From assembly GCF_001194135.2 (NCBI RefSeq), contig NC_068981.1:128214094-128256723 (forward strand): DNA of 42,630 bases. Direction: 5' to 3'. The position numbers and the translations under genes are program-made. Below the pieces are notes generated by a model. That model saw only the letters and a program-made list of their open reading frames with translations, was not told where the DNA came from and did no database searches. The DNA comes from Octopus bimaculoides (Eukaryota). Shown here piece after piece: positions 10,820 through 20,849 of the stretch. The stretch's first letter is position 1. Every line of letters starts with the position of its first letter.

Positions 10820-12165
10820 CAGCTCAATGGCCTTTAATCTACACGGTGATTGCTTCAAATACTTTGGTATTGGTAAAAATATATCAAACAAAGATGCTGT
10901 GAACAAAGAGTAACCAAAGACTAAGACAAAGAAAAATGTGGCAGTCAGAACTTTCCTCTTACAAGACATCGACAACGTATTTGCAATATCAACACTGACA
11001 CCAACATTATGGATACTTGACTTGTCAATCGAGGAAATCTATTTCTCAGACATTAAACCGCAAGATCCTGACATCAACAGTAAACTTCCACAGAAATAGT
11101 CTCTATCACAGAAAATGGGAGGAAGAGGCTTGAGACAGCCTTTTAATTCCTATGGTACTACTGAGACAGCATTTGCTAATTATAGGCAGTAAAAGTAGAT
11201 ACATCGGCTGTGTGCTCAAAAGCAAAGTTTATAGCATTCTACGGGTTGGTAATGAACTCCTCAATAAACATTCACTTCCTGATGATCTTTTATGAGAATC
11301 TTGAGGTGCTGTGAAAACATACTTCAGCAAAACCCTGGAAGAGAAACACTCTGCATACCATAACAAGGTTATGCATGGGTGAATGAGAATATTTGTCTCA
11401 AATTTTGGCCCAAGGGCAGCAATTTCGTGGGAGGGGATAAGTTGATTACGTCGACCCCAATGCTCAACTGTTATTTATTTTATCGATCGCGAAATGACGA
11501 AAGGCAAAGTTGACTTCAGCAGAATTTGAACGTAAAGACGGATGAAATGTTGCTAAGCATTTTACTCGGCGTACCAACGATTCTGACAACTCGCCGCCTT
11601 ATGAGGTGAAGAGTAATATTAGCATGAAGCATAGCTTCTCTTGGGCTTGTAAGTGTTGCATTATCTCACGCTGCAAAAGTAATGCTCCTGCAATCCAAGA
11701 GTAGGAGATAGCTACGAAATATCTAATGAACAAAAGCGATGAAATCCTTAAATTCCCAAGATGCAACAGTAAATGTTGATCACATGTTATATCCTCTGTG
11801 AAGGATATGACATGTTATTAGCAGTTGCCTAAAAACGTCGAGGTATTACCTGTCATTGCGACATGAGATGCTGTTGCTAAAACATTATGCAATGCTGTCC
11901 GCAGAAAAGACAGCTCTGGGATAAATGTAAACAACCCCTTTGTTATTGAATACACAAGGAATACTAAATGGAACATTCCCATCAAAATTTTTACGAAGTG
12001 CAAACAGAACAGCTCTGATATCATTTGGGGATTTAAAACAAGAGAAAAATCTGACATACAATAGTGAACAGTTCTTCCAAAATCAACAAGGAGATAATTT
12101 ATGGATATTTATGGATAGCTGCTTCAAAGTCTGCATCTCTTCCCTGATTATAAATATGAATTTAT
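10820..12165 (+). mobile_element. R4/Dong-like non-LTR retrotransposon, 3' part (RT thumb to restriction-like endonuclease), decayed and interrupted by a SINE
   Basis: Colinear fragments KYFGI, KMWQSELSSYK, NVFAISTLTPT, RKILT, QKMGGRGLRQ, AIQE*EIATKYL, YYLSLRH, WNIPIKIFTKCKQNSSDI follow the R4-clade order YKYLG...LPRK.GGRGL...AIQDQ.I.T...RHN...HN.PDI. Many stops and frameshifts. Confidence 0.7.
11394..11600 (-). mobile_element. SINE family B nested in the R4-like LINE
   Basis: Head aaggcggcgagttgtcagaatcg on the minus strand, plus core and tail. Imperfect ~19-20 bp flanking direct repeats at 11375-11393 and 11601-11620. Confidence 0.85.
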
Positions 12166-13329
12166 AATAAAAAATTATTGGTGCACACGGTTATGCTAAC
12201 CAATATTTAAATGACCATGTGGAAAAGCCAAGATTTTCTGGTAAAAAAAGACTGGCTAACACGCATAAATATAATCTGTAAGCGGAACATTAATAGTAAG
12301 TTCAACATATAATATTTAACGTTGTTGTCATCCGATTTGCAGCGATGGGGCTTTATTTCTTGTTAGAAACCAGCTTCCTCTTTACAGGAAGAATTCTGAT
12401 AAATAAAAAACTATGATAATCATACATGAACTACCCATCATAAGATCATACATTAGCTCGATAGCGTAAGGTACCCAAAATGATACTAATAAATATTTAA
12501 CAATAAATCCATATACTTTATTACTGATCTGTGAAAAGAAAGTGTTTGTCAAAATTTCGCATGTGAAAGACCAGCTATCAAGGCGACTAAAAAGCAACTG
12601 TAACAAATGGTTTCACTTACATGCTAAATGGCTAGAATAGTAATTTCTCACATTATCACGAAACCACATATTTCGGTTGACTCAATCATATGAAGATGGA
12701 AAGTAAAGTCGATTCTAATAAAAACAAAACTTTGAATGTAGAAGAATGTAAGTAAATGTTGTAGTACCACTATTCCTACTACTAAAATAAGATGAGTACG
12801 TTTCTAAACATTTTTCAGTGAATATTGAATACAGTTCTTTGAAAATACATTTTATTACTGTAATAACAGAAGTCTTTTTCAGTTCCGTATACTTTGTAAA
12901 CTGAAAAAATATATATATAACTTATGCTAAAATATGTGTGACACGGACCGATAACTATGCACAAGCTGACGCACGCATTTACTCTTTCCACGGCACACTT
13001 ACCAGTAACATTAAATCCTCAATCCTTTATATAACGGAAATGCATAAGAAAAAATATTTTCATTGTTTGAATACTGTGTTTATACGTAATCATTGACGAA
13101 CACTGTGAACAAGAACAGCTTGGTGTTGGCAAACAACGCCAGAAGTGATTAATGCTGCAATACAAAATGTCAAAATGTCAGCATGAATATTAATTTACCC
13201 TACCCTGAATCGATAAAGCGTTTGAGGCCGAAGTAACATTACCTACAGTGGTGAGTGGGACATCTCTTGATTTGCATTAAATTTCCAATTAAATTATTCC
13301 ATGGCATATATCAACTTGAACCTCAGTTA

Positions 13330-13460
13330 ATGTTACATTTCTGCAACAACAGCCTCAGCAGTATTATCGTCAACGACAACGATGACAGCATCACTATCAC
13401 CATCGACAACAACAGCAACTTTAGCAGCAGTTATAAGAACAATAACAACAACAACAACAG
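13330..13460. repeat. Degenerate (AAC)/(AGC)/(GAC) trinucleotide tract
   Basis: Direct reading. Confidence 0.75.
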
Positions 13461-13922
13461 GAAATGCAGCCATTTATTAAGGAAAGACAACTCATATTAC
13501 TGAATCTGTCGAGCAGCATTAATCCTTTAATAATTAGAAATAGCAATTAAGTGAATTCAGGAATTCACCGGCAATATAATCCTTGCCAGCACACTCACCA
13601 AGCCCAAACATCAAGCACCCCACGAGTCACAAATTACACCAGCTTCTGCGACTGCAACTATGAAAACAGTTTGATAGTGGCGCGTCCGCACCACCAACAC
13701 CAGGACAGTATAATGAGCCAACAGAAAAAAGCCTCTACACTATTGCTCGACCTGCTAGAAATAGCAACCAAAGCTCATCTTAACGTCTGAAAAATAAGGT
13801 GGATTAGATACCCAAGTCCTGAATGCGATTACCTCGTAAAAGGAAAACGATGATGTGGCCATGTATGAAACGCTGACGATCATAACTTTGCTTAATCAAG
13901 CTGTTCTACATCTAGACAAGTG

Positions 13923-14237
13923 AAGGCACATGGCTTAATGGTTAAGGTATTTGGCGCACGATCGTGAGTTTAATTCCCGGCGACGTGTTTTGTCCTTGAG
14001 CAAGACACTTTATTTTATGTTGCTTCAGTCCATTCAGCTAGTAAAAATGAGTAAAACCTGTATTTCAAAAGCCTCTCCACTTGTCATATTGTGTCATGCT
14101 GAATCTTTCTGAGAACTACGTTAAGGGTACGCGTGTCTGTGGAGCGCTCTGTCACTTGCACATTAATTTCACGAGCAGACTGTTCTGTTGAGCAGATCAA
14201 CTGGAACCCTCGTCCTCGCAACCGACGCAGTGCCAGT
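13923..14237 (+). mobile_element. tRNA-derived SINE family C, full length
   Basis: A-box TGGCTTAATGG and B-box-like GAGTTTAATTCCC. The central gtccttgagcaagacactt...ttgcttcagtccattcagct resembles the CORE-type SINE domain. Ends accgacgcagtgccag. Confidence 0.8.
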
Positions 14238-14484
14238 TTTTTTTAAAAGTTTACAGTTAGATAATAAACAATAACAAAAGAACTACTTTGGACCACACCA
14301 ACACCACTTATGCAATCATGTCGACGGACGTCACAAATGCAGCCACAAGCAAACGAGAAAAGCTTCTACATAGACAACGAGGGGAGCTTTTACGTCAATG
14401 ATTTCCAATTGAAGTATCATGACCTCCGGGTTGTGATAAGAAATAATTAAAGGTATAGTAAGATTTTAGATTTAAATAACAATG

Positions 14485-14970
14485 CTCTGCCTGACCTCTT
14501 GATCTGCTAGGCATAGCGGCTAGATTTATCTCAAATTACATTTTATCATCCTGAAAAAAAAATAGGAAGGATTCATTAGATAATGTAACCATAGATACAT
14601 CATGATTGTAAAATCGGCAGAATGGTCATGGATAGAATATCTTTGGATAAGAATTTGCTCGATTAGGGATTTAAAAAAACGACGGCATACAATGTTGGTG
14701 AATATGATCCAATAACGTTACATATGCAATTACATCTGCACCAACAAAGCAATGCAGCCTCACCCAGAGGGTATCACTATGCACCCGATTGACCTGCTAG
14801 AAATAACAGCCAAATTTCCTCAAATTACATACTTTACTGTCCATAAAATAAGGAAATGTACATTGGACAATTTGGTTCTTACACAAAAAAACTGGGCGGT
14901 CATGACAGAAATACCTACAATCATGAGTCTGCTTGTAAACAACCGGCCCAGGGTTAAACGACAATAACAA
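14485..14970 (+). mobile_element. Two adjacent family D copies (~14485-14685 and ~14770-14970); a short fragment also lies at 13745-13800
   Basis: Shared gacctgctagaaata(g/a)cagccaaat head motif, gataatgta/gacaatttg middle and taaa(c/a)gac tails. Confidence 0.65.
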
Positions 14971-15609
14971 TTATAATTTCAATATCCACAATACAAGCAA
15001 ACTCACCAACATCGCTTCTTTTATCTTAATTTTGTGCTAATGAGGAAAATAATTATATCTTACATTGAAGATGTAGCTTCAAAATGTTTTTGTTTTTTTT
15101 AAATTTTGTTTAGATAGCGTTGAAGCCATTGTTACTGATATTATTGATGTCATTTATCTGCTGCTGATGTTGCCGCTGTTGCTATTGTTGTTTTGTAAAT
15201 AAGTTTAAAGTTAAAATTAAAATAATCCCAGTGAGAGAGTACAGAAAAGAAATCAGAATATGTGTATGACGAACATCAGTTGTTTATGTCCGGTCATAGC
15301 AACGTATTAAATTAATTAGATACAACGTCTGCCTGAGTCGATAGCTCTCTGTTCATAAACAACCAGAATCTCAAACGGACATTTGTTAATTTCTGCTTCG
15401 ATTTGGTGTATTTAATTAATGTGGCATCACGAATAGTAAATAAATACTAAAGCAATAAAACTGATTAGCTAATCAATAAACAATGATTGGCATAGTATTG
15501 TGCACTTGACAAACATGGCAACATTTTCATGGAATTTGAAACATTTTCGTCAATAATTTCTTGTTCAAAATTTTTGATGTGGAAGTAATTACTAATGTAT
15601 GACATTTAT

Positions 15610-15770
15610 GTGTTGTTGTTGTTTGCTCAGATCGAGCAGGTCATCTTGTCTCCTACTCTCGAGACAGTGTAATTAGGACTACATCTAATGTGAGTTTCTT
15701 TTCTCTCAAGATGATAGTGTGGAATATGAGCATGATTTGGCTGCTATTGCAAATAGGTCGAACAGTTGGG
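15610..15770 (-). mobile_element. Family D copy, diverged
   Basis: gttgttgttgttt...gatcgagcaggtc...ggactacatctaatgtg...gatttggctgctattgcaaataggtcg. Confidence 0.6.
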
Positions 15771-15954
15771 TGGAGATTTCTACGTTGGCTTGATAATCAA
15801 GAAAGGGATAGATAGAGCTGAGCAAATTTATCTCAGTAAATATTTTTTCTATCCCGAGAGAGGGGTAAAAGGTAAGACTGAATACAGTGGGATTTGAAAT
15901 CAGCAAAATGAATTACTCAAGTAGGTAAACAGCATCTGCGTTCTCTACCTAGTT

Positions 15955-16140
15955 TTTGATTTCTAACATAGTCACAACGTTAAAAAATTTGGTGTGCACT
16001 GTCGATTATACAGAGCTCAGTCAGTAATTACTACTAATTTTATTTCATAGACCTTAAGAAGAAAGAATGAAAGACAAAGTTGAACTCAACGAGATTTGAA
16101 ATCGGAATGCATAAAGCCGTGAATATGTAACAATTCTACA
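15955..16140 (-). mobile_element. SINE family B, old diverged copy
   Basis: gaatgaaagacaaagttgaactcaacgagatttgaa resembles the family B core and B box. Confidence 0.5.
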
Positions 16141-17248
16141 AATCAACCAGAAAAAACTAAATATATCAGAAGGAAGTTTAAGCTTCAAATCTGTTTCTTT
16201 AATTCTGCCTGCACTGTTTAAGCACAGGACACGTGATACATAGCACGTATTTCTCTGGTGTCTATGAATCATACGGGATACACATTCCAAATTTTTTTTC
16301 CACAATAAGAGTAAATTGGGAATTACGAAAGAGAAGGGCGTATGGAACAAGGGCTAACTAAAAGTATGAAAACAAGCATGGACGTTAAGGCCAAACTTTT
16401 GAAAATGCTTTTGACAGGTAAAAGTTTAATGTCTAGGTGATGTAGACTTCCATATCAAGCTTCAATCTAGTGTTGCAGACGGATTAATATTGATTTTCAG
16501 CCCAACACATATAAATATGACATGAAATTGATGAAAATCTTTCAGCTAAAACTATTCATCTCCGTAATTTCTATTATATCGCATATGTAATCTTTTATTC
16601 CTTAATAAATTTTTTTTTTCATTCATTCTTTCTATCTTTTTTGCATAATTGAAAAAAAAATTTGTGTCCTTCTTCCCTGAGTTCTTGTATATAACCAGCC
16701 TTATTTCAGTATTCATTCATTTATTGGTAAATTTTGTGGCTAAATATAGATAAAATGTAATAGAATCTGTCTTCGAATGAAATCAAAATTGAAATGCTTG
16801 ACATTTACAAAAAAGCATCTATGTATTGTATTTATCTAAATCATTATTTTTTAAACATTTTCGGACTATCGTTGCCCTTTAGAAACTTATATTTCATCTT
16901 CATGCCCTACCCCGAAAAGTCAGTAAGCCTTTTATTATTTTATTATTCAGCATCTTTAAATCATGCCGTTTTACTATTTGCTGGTTTCTCTTTTTTTAAC
17001 AAAATGCTCGTAACGACTCTAAATCCAAATTCAGCTGTTTATGGAAACAAATTTAGAAAATTTTCACGTGAGTTCATAATCCAGAAAATATTTGTTAAAT
17101 TGGTGATGCAGTCAGTAATAATAGTGCTGATTTTAAATATGATTTTTTCAATTGTTCTTTGGTTTTCAATCACTTCTTGTAGTTATAGCATTGTTTCTTT
17201 AATACTTGAAAATGTGTCTAAGGCTCAGTTTGGAATATTCGTAGCGAG

Positions 17249-17294
17249 AATAACTTCGCAGGATAATATGGTGATATTATCCCGCGAAGTTATT
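17249..17294. repeat. 46-bp near-perfect palindrome (21-bp arms, 4-nt spacer)
   Basis: AATAACTTCGCAGGATAATAT-GGTG-ATATTATCCCGCGAAGTTATT; 20/21 positions complementary. Confidence 0.95.
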
Positions 17295-17920
17295 TATTAA
17301 ACGCTCCCGATAGACCTAAACATCCCGATCATATATTTTTCTTTTATATTTGAATGCAGAAAGACTCGAAAACTGATAAAATTCTTTGCATACCAAATTG
17401 ATTTTTGAACAGAATAAGCTTAGAAACTTATATATATGTAACAGTCTTCATTTTGATAAAACTTAATTCATCTCCTTTGCAAATGCAAATTAATTTGATT
17501 AAATTTGAAATATAAATCTGACGTACAAGTTTGTAGTTTCTAATCTTCATGTTAAATAGCAGGAAAGCATTTCTATTCTAAAAGACTTCCCTTACTGTTT
17601 CCAAAAGCAACACAGACTGGCACCTTTTAACAGCCAACAAACTTGAGCCCTAATTAAGTTTTTGATTGCTTTGTTCTCACCGCAGTCTGTATCACTAAAA
17701 GAATTGTTTCTTAATTTGTTAATTACCATAACGACGTATTACAATGAGTGATACAAGTGACCACAAAGAATTTTTTAAACTAAATATTATCTATGTATTA
17801 CACAATACCCCGCCCATACATATCCGGCACTGACTTATTTTAAGTGTGCAGTGAATTCTTGGTAAGAGACCACCATCAATGGTGCTTCGTAAGTCGCAGC
17901 TGTCATTATATCTGTAAGAG

Positions 17921-18140
17921 GAAAGGCGACGAGCTGATAGATTTGTTAGCGCGTCGGACAAAATGTTTAGTTATTTCTTCTGATTGTTTTCGTTCTGAGT
18001 CCAAATTCCTCGAGACCATCTTGGTCTTCCATCCTTTCGGGTTCGATAAATAAAACATCAGAAAAGACTGGGTCGATGTATTTGACTTTACCCCCCCCCC
18101 CCCATTAAATGAGTGCACTTGTGCCAAAATTTTGTTTGAA
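17921..18140 (+). mobile_element. SINE family B, full length, diverged
   Basis: Head aaggcgacgagctgatagatttgttagc, core catcctttcgggttcgataaa, tail cttgtgccaaaatttt. Confidence 0.8.
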
Positions 18141-19087
18141 TTATATTTCCAAGAGGAATAGCCTTCCCTTTAAAGGAAAAAAAAACTGTTCAGCATGAAA
18201 TATCAACTCTACTTTTGTATCCATTTAAGAATGCCAGGCATTTAATTATTCATTTCCTTGTAGATATAATTCACTCCAGCTGTAGAGAAAATTAAGTAAG
18301 CCTCGAAGTTTTCCACAACCTTGCCCAGTTCACCAATTCGTAGTTGAGTTATTGTTCAAAGGAATTTTATTAAGTCAGTTGCTGGTTTCCATAACAGGTA
18401 TAGTACAACCTCACAACCATCTAGCAGGATCAATTTTTCGCTAAATAATATTTGACTTAATGGACTTGTCAATCAGTAATGGAATTTTTTAAGAAACGTG
18501 TAACCTATATTTTCTTGCATTCATGCGAACGAAAACTATACTTGACAACGTTGGCTGTTCGGAAAATTAACCTCGAAGTGTTTTAAAAATAAGATAAATC
18601 ATTATTTGCTTTGTCAGCATAAGTTACTTTTTTGAGCGTGTGTGTATGTGGTTCATATCATTTTTCTTCTGATTATTTTATTTATTTATACCATTTACTT
18701 ATTTATTCATTTTCAAGTGCTGTTCTAATCTTGAAACTTTCAATGTTTCTTAGAAATACACTCTTTGGCAAATCAGACACATTGGTAATAGTTTGTAGCT
18801 ATCGGAATAAAGCCAAGCCATATCATAAATATTCGATAATGTACTGTCGATATTTCTCTTGTTCTGACGTGGTAATATCAGTAAAAGATATAGTATTCTC
18901 GATCTGTATATCATTATTAATTTTATTTAATATTATTCATTAACTTAGATCACACTACACTTAACGCTGGTGACAATCTTACAAGTAACTACTCATTTGT
19001 ATACTTTACCATGTTTCCATCTGACCACATATTGCCTTCCACACATATAGATATATATATGTATGTATATTTATATGTATATATATA

Positions 19088-20114
19088 GGATGGAGTACAC
19101 GCAGTTCTAAATCATATTCTCTTCTATTGGTGGTTTTACTCGAAGAAGATATTTGCGAAGTGTTGTATTACTTTTGAATACTGTCCTGATGTCATATGGG
19201 CCACATATCTTTTGTATCTTTTCAGAGAGGCCTTTCACATAGGGTAGACAAACTGTGGACAGTTTATCGGATTCATCCTCTCTTTTCTTTATAATTGGAG
19301 TAGATAGTATGTTTTGGGGGAGTAGCTGTTGCTTAATAGAGTGTTACTGAGCTTGATCATTTCTTCATGGCGTATATTATGATTGCTACTTATATTCATT
19401 GCTCGATGTTTTAGGCACTGAGCAATCCCTCTCTTTACACTGTATGGATAGTGGGAGTTGAAGTTGAGGTATCGTCCAGTGAAGGTCAGCTTGCGGTATA
19501 CGGATGTCCTGAAGCCATACTTGGTGCGTGTTATTAAGACATTCAGGAATGCTAGCTGATTGTCCTTTTCCTTTTCCATTGTGAACTGTATGGATGGCTT
19601 TATTGAGTTCACATAATCTAACAGCACTTGGACATCTTCCTGGTGGGGCCAGAGTATGAAGGTGTCATCAACATATCGCAAACGTAGGGTTAGTTTTAGT
19701 GGTGTTGATCCTAAAGCCAAATTCTCAAAGTATTCCAGGTATATATTGGCTATTATCGGTGATCATGGCGAACCCATAGCTAAACCCTCTTCTTGTCGAT
19801 ATATATCAGTGTCCATACTCAAGTAGGTAGTTTCTACACAGAAGGTCAACATTTCCATCAATTTTCTTATTGGTATATTAGTGCGTTCTTTTAGACGGGT
19901 GTCTGTCACTAGTTTTTCTTGAATCACCGATAGTGCTTCACCAGTTGGGATTTTGGTGAATAGACTTATCACATTTAGATTCACCATCTGGTTGGATTCA
20001 ATGGAGGTATCCTTGATAAATTCTATGAAGTGGGTGGAATTCTTCACGAATGATGTAGCCTTTCCTGCTAATGGACTGATTATATCCACAAAGAAGCAGC
20101 TCAGCGGATAACAT
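19088..20114 (-). pseudogene. Penelope-type reverse transcriptase and linker (inverted segment)
   Basis: SFVKNSTHFIEFIK...SLFTKIP...YRQEEGLAMGSP*SPIIANIYLEYFE...LRYVDDTFILWPH...QFTMEKEKDNQLAFLNVLI...VYRKLTFTGRYLNFNSHYP..VKRGIAQCL..RA. Has an in-frame TGA at 19763-19765 and a frameshift near 19300, after which it reads ...LPYVKGLSEKIQKIC...FKSNTTLRKYL. Confidence 0.92.
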
Positions 20115-20483
20115 GTAAAACCACCAATAGAAGAGAATATGACTAAGAACTGCGTGTACTCCATTCCATGTAGTTGCGGTAGGTTATACAATGGCGAAAC
20201 ATGTCGCCCCCTCAAAATAAGGGTAGAGGAACATCGCAAAGCTGTAACATGGGGAGATATTGATAAATCGGGTATAGCTGATCACGTATGGAAAAATGGA
20301 GACCACCTCCCCCTGTGGGATGAAGTTAAAATAATAAACAGAGAACACCACTGGAAAATACGAAAACTAAAAGCAGCAGCACATATGCTAGGACACAACA
20401 ACCTCCTAAACAGACCGAGTGCAGATATGAACAGCATATGGGAACCGGTATTAAGGAAGGATAGGAGAATATTAGATTTATAA
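20115..20483 (+). pseudogene. Penelope GIY-YIG endonuclease domain
   Basis: KNCVYSIPCSCGRLYNGETCRPLKIRVEEH...SGIADHVW..GDH...WDEVKII.REHHWKIRKLKAAAHM. The frame is open, but YIG has become YNG and the conserved Glu (KLKE) has become Ala, so it is probably inactive. Confidence 0.9.
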
Positions 20484-20512
20484 GCGCTAAAATTCACTCC
20501 ATAATTGCCCAC

Positions 20513-20566
20513 GGGCATATGGCATAGTGGTTAAGGGCGCGGGCTGCTAACCCCAAGATTCCGAGT
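20513..20566 (+). promoter_or_regulatory. tRNA-Ser(GCT)-like Pol III internal promoter remnant within the PLE 3' region
   Basis: A-box TGGCATAGTGG (20520-20530) followed by TTAAGG. Anticodon arm GGG-CTGCTAA-CCC, as in tRNA-Ser GCT TGGTTAAGGCG..ACTGCTAATCC. The B-box is cut off after GAGT by an (AAT)n tract. Confidence 0.65.
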
Positions 20567-20662
20567 ACTAATAATAATAGTAATAATAGTAATAATAATA
20601 ACAATAACAACAACATTGAAAAATACCTTAGGAATGAGAACCCAATTTCGAAATTTCCCCAA

Positions 20663-20708
20663 GACACCTGATGAAGGCTGGAGGGTATATCAGCCGAAAC
20701 GTTGTCTT
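20663..20708 (+). ncRNA. Minimal type I hammerhead ribozyme in the PLE terminal repeat
   Basis: GACAC-CTGATGA-A-GGCTG-(GAGGGTATAT)-CAGCC-GAAACGTT-GTCTT. Core boxes intact, 5-bp stem II, palindromic AACGTT helix III; stem I is weak with a C:C mismatch. Confidence 0.75.
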
Positions 20709-20849
20709 AACAGCAAACAAGATGAGGACAAATATCCGTCAATTGTAAATATATGTGTATATATGTATATAAATGTATTTATATATATATACGTATAAGT
20801 ATGTATATAGAGAGAGCTATTATACAAAGAACTGAATTATAAGAAAGTA

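Larger units (their letters stand above)
19088..20751. mobile_element. Penelope-like retroelement (Poseidon-type architecture), 5'-truncated, with its 5' part inverted
   Basis: RT and linker on the minus strand (19088-20114) join GIY-YIG plus 3' terminal repeat on the plus strand (20115-20751). Flanked on both sides by TA-rich microsatellite. Confidence 0.9.

Noticed and set aside
16794-17300. 168-aa ORF rich in F/I/L/S
   Set aside because: Composition expected of a T-rich strand, non-ATG start, no motif and no supporting splice structure.
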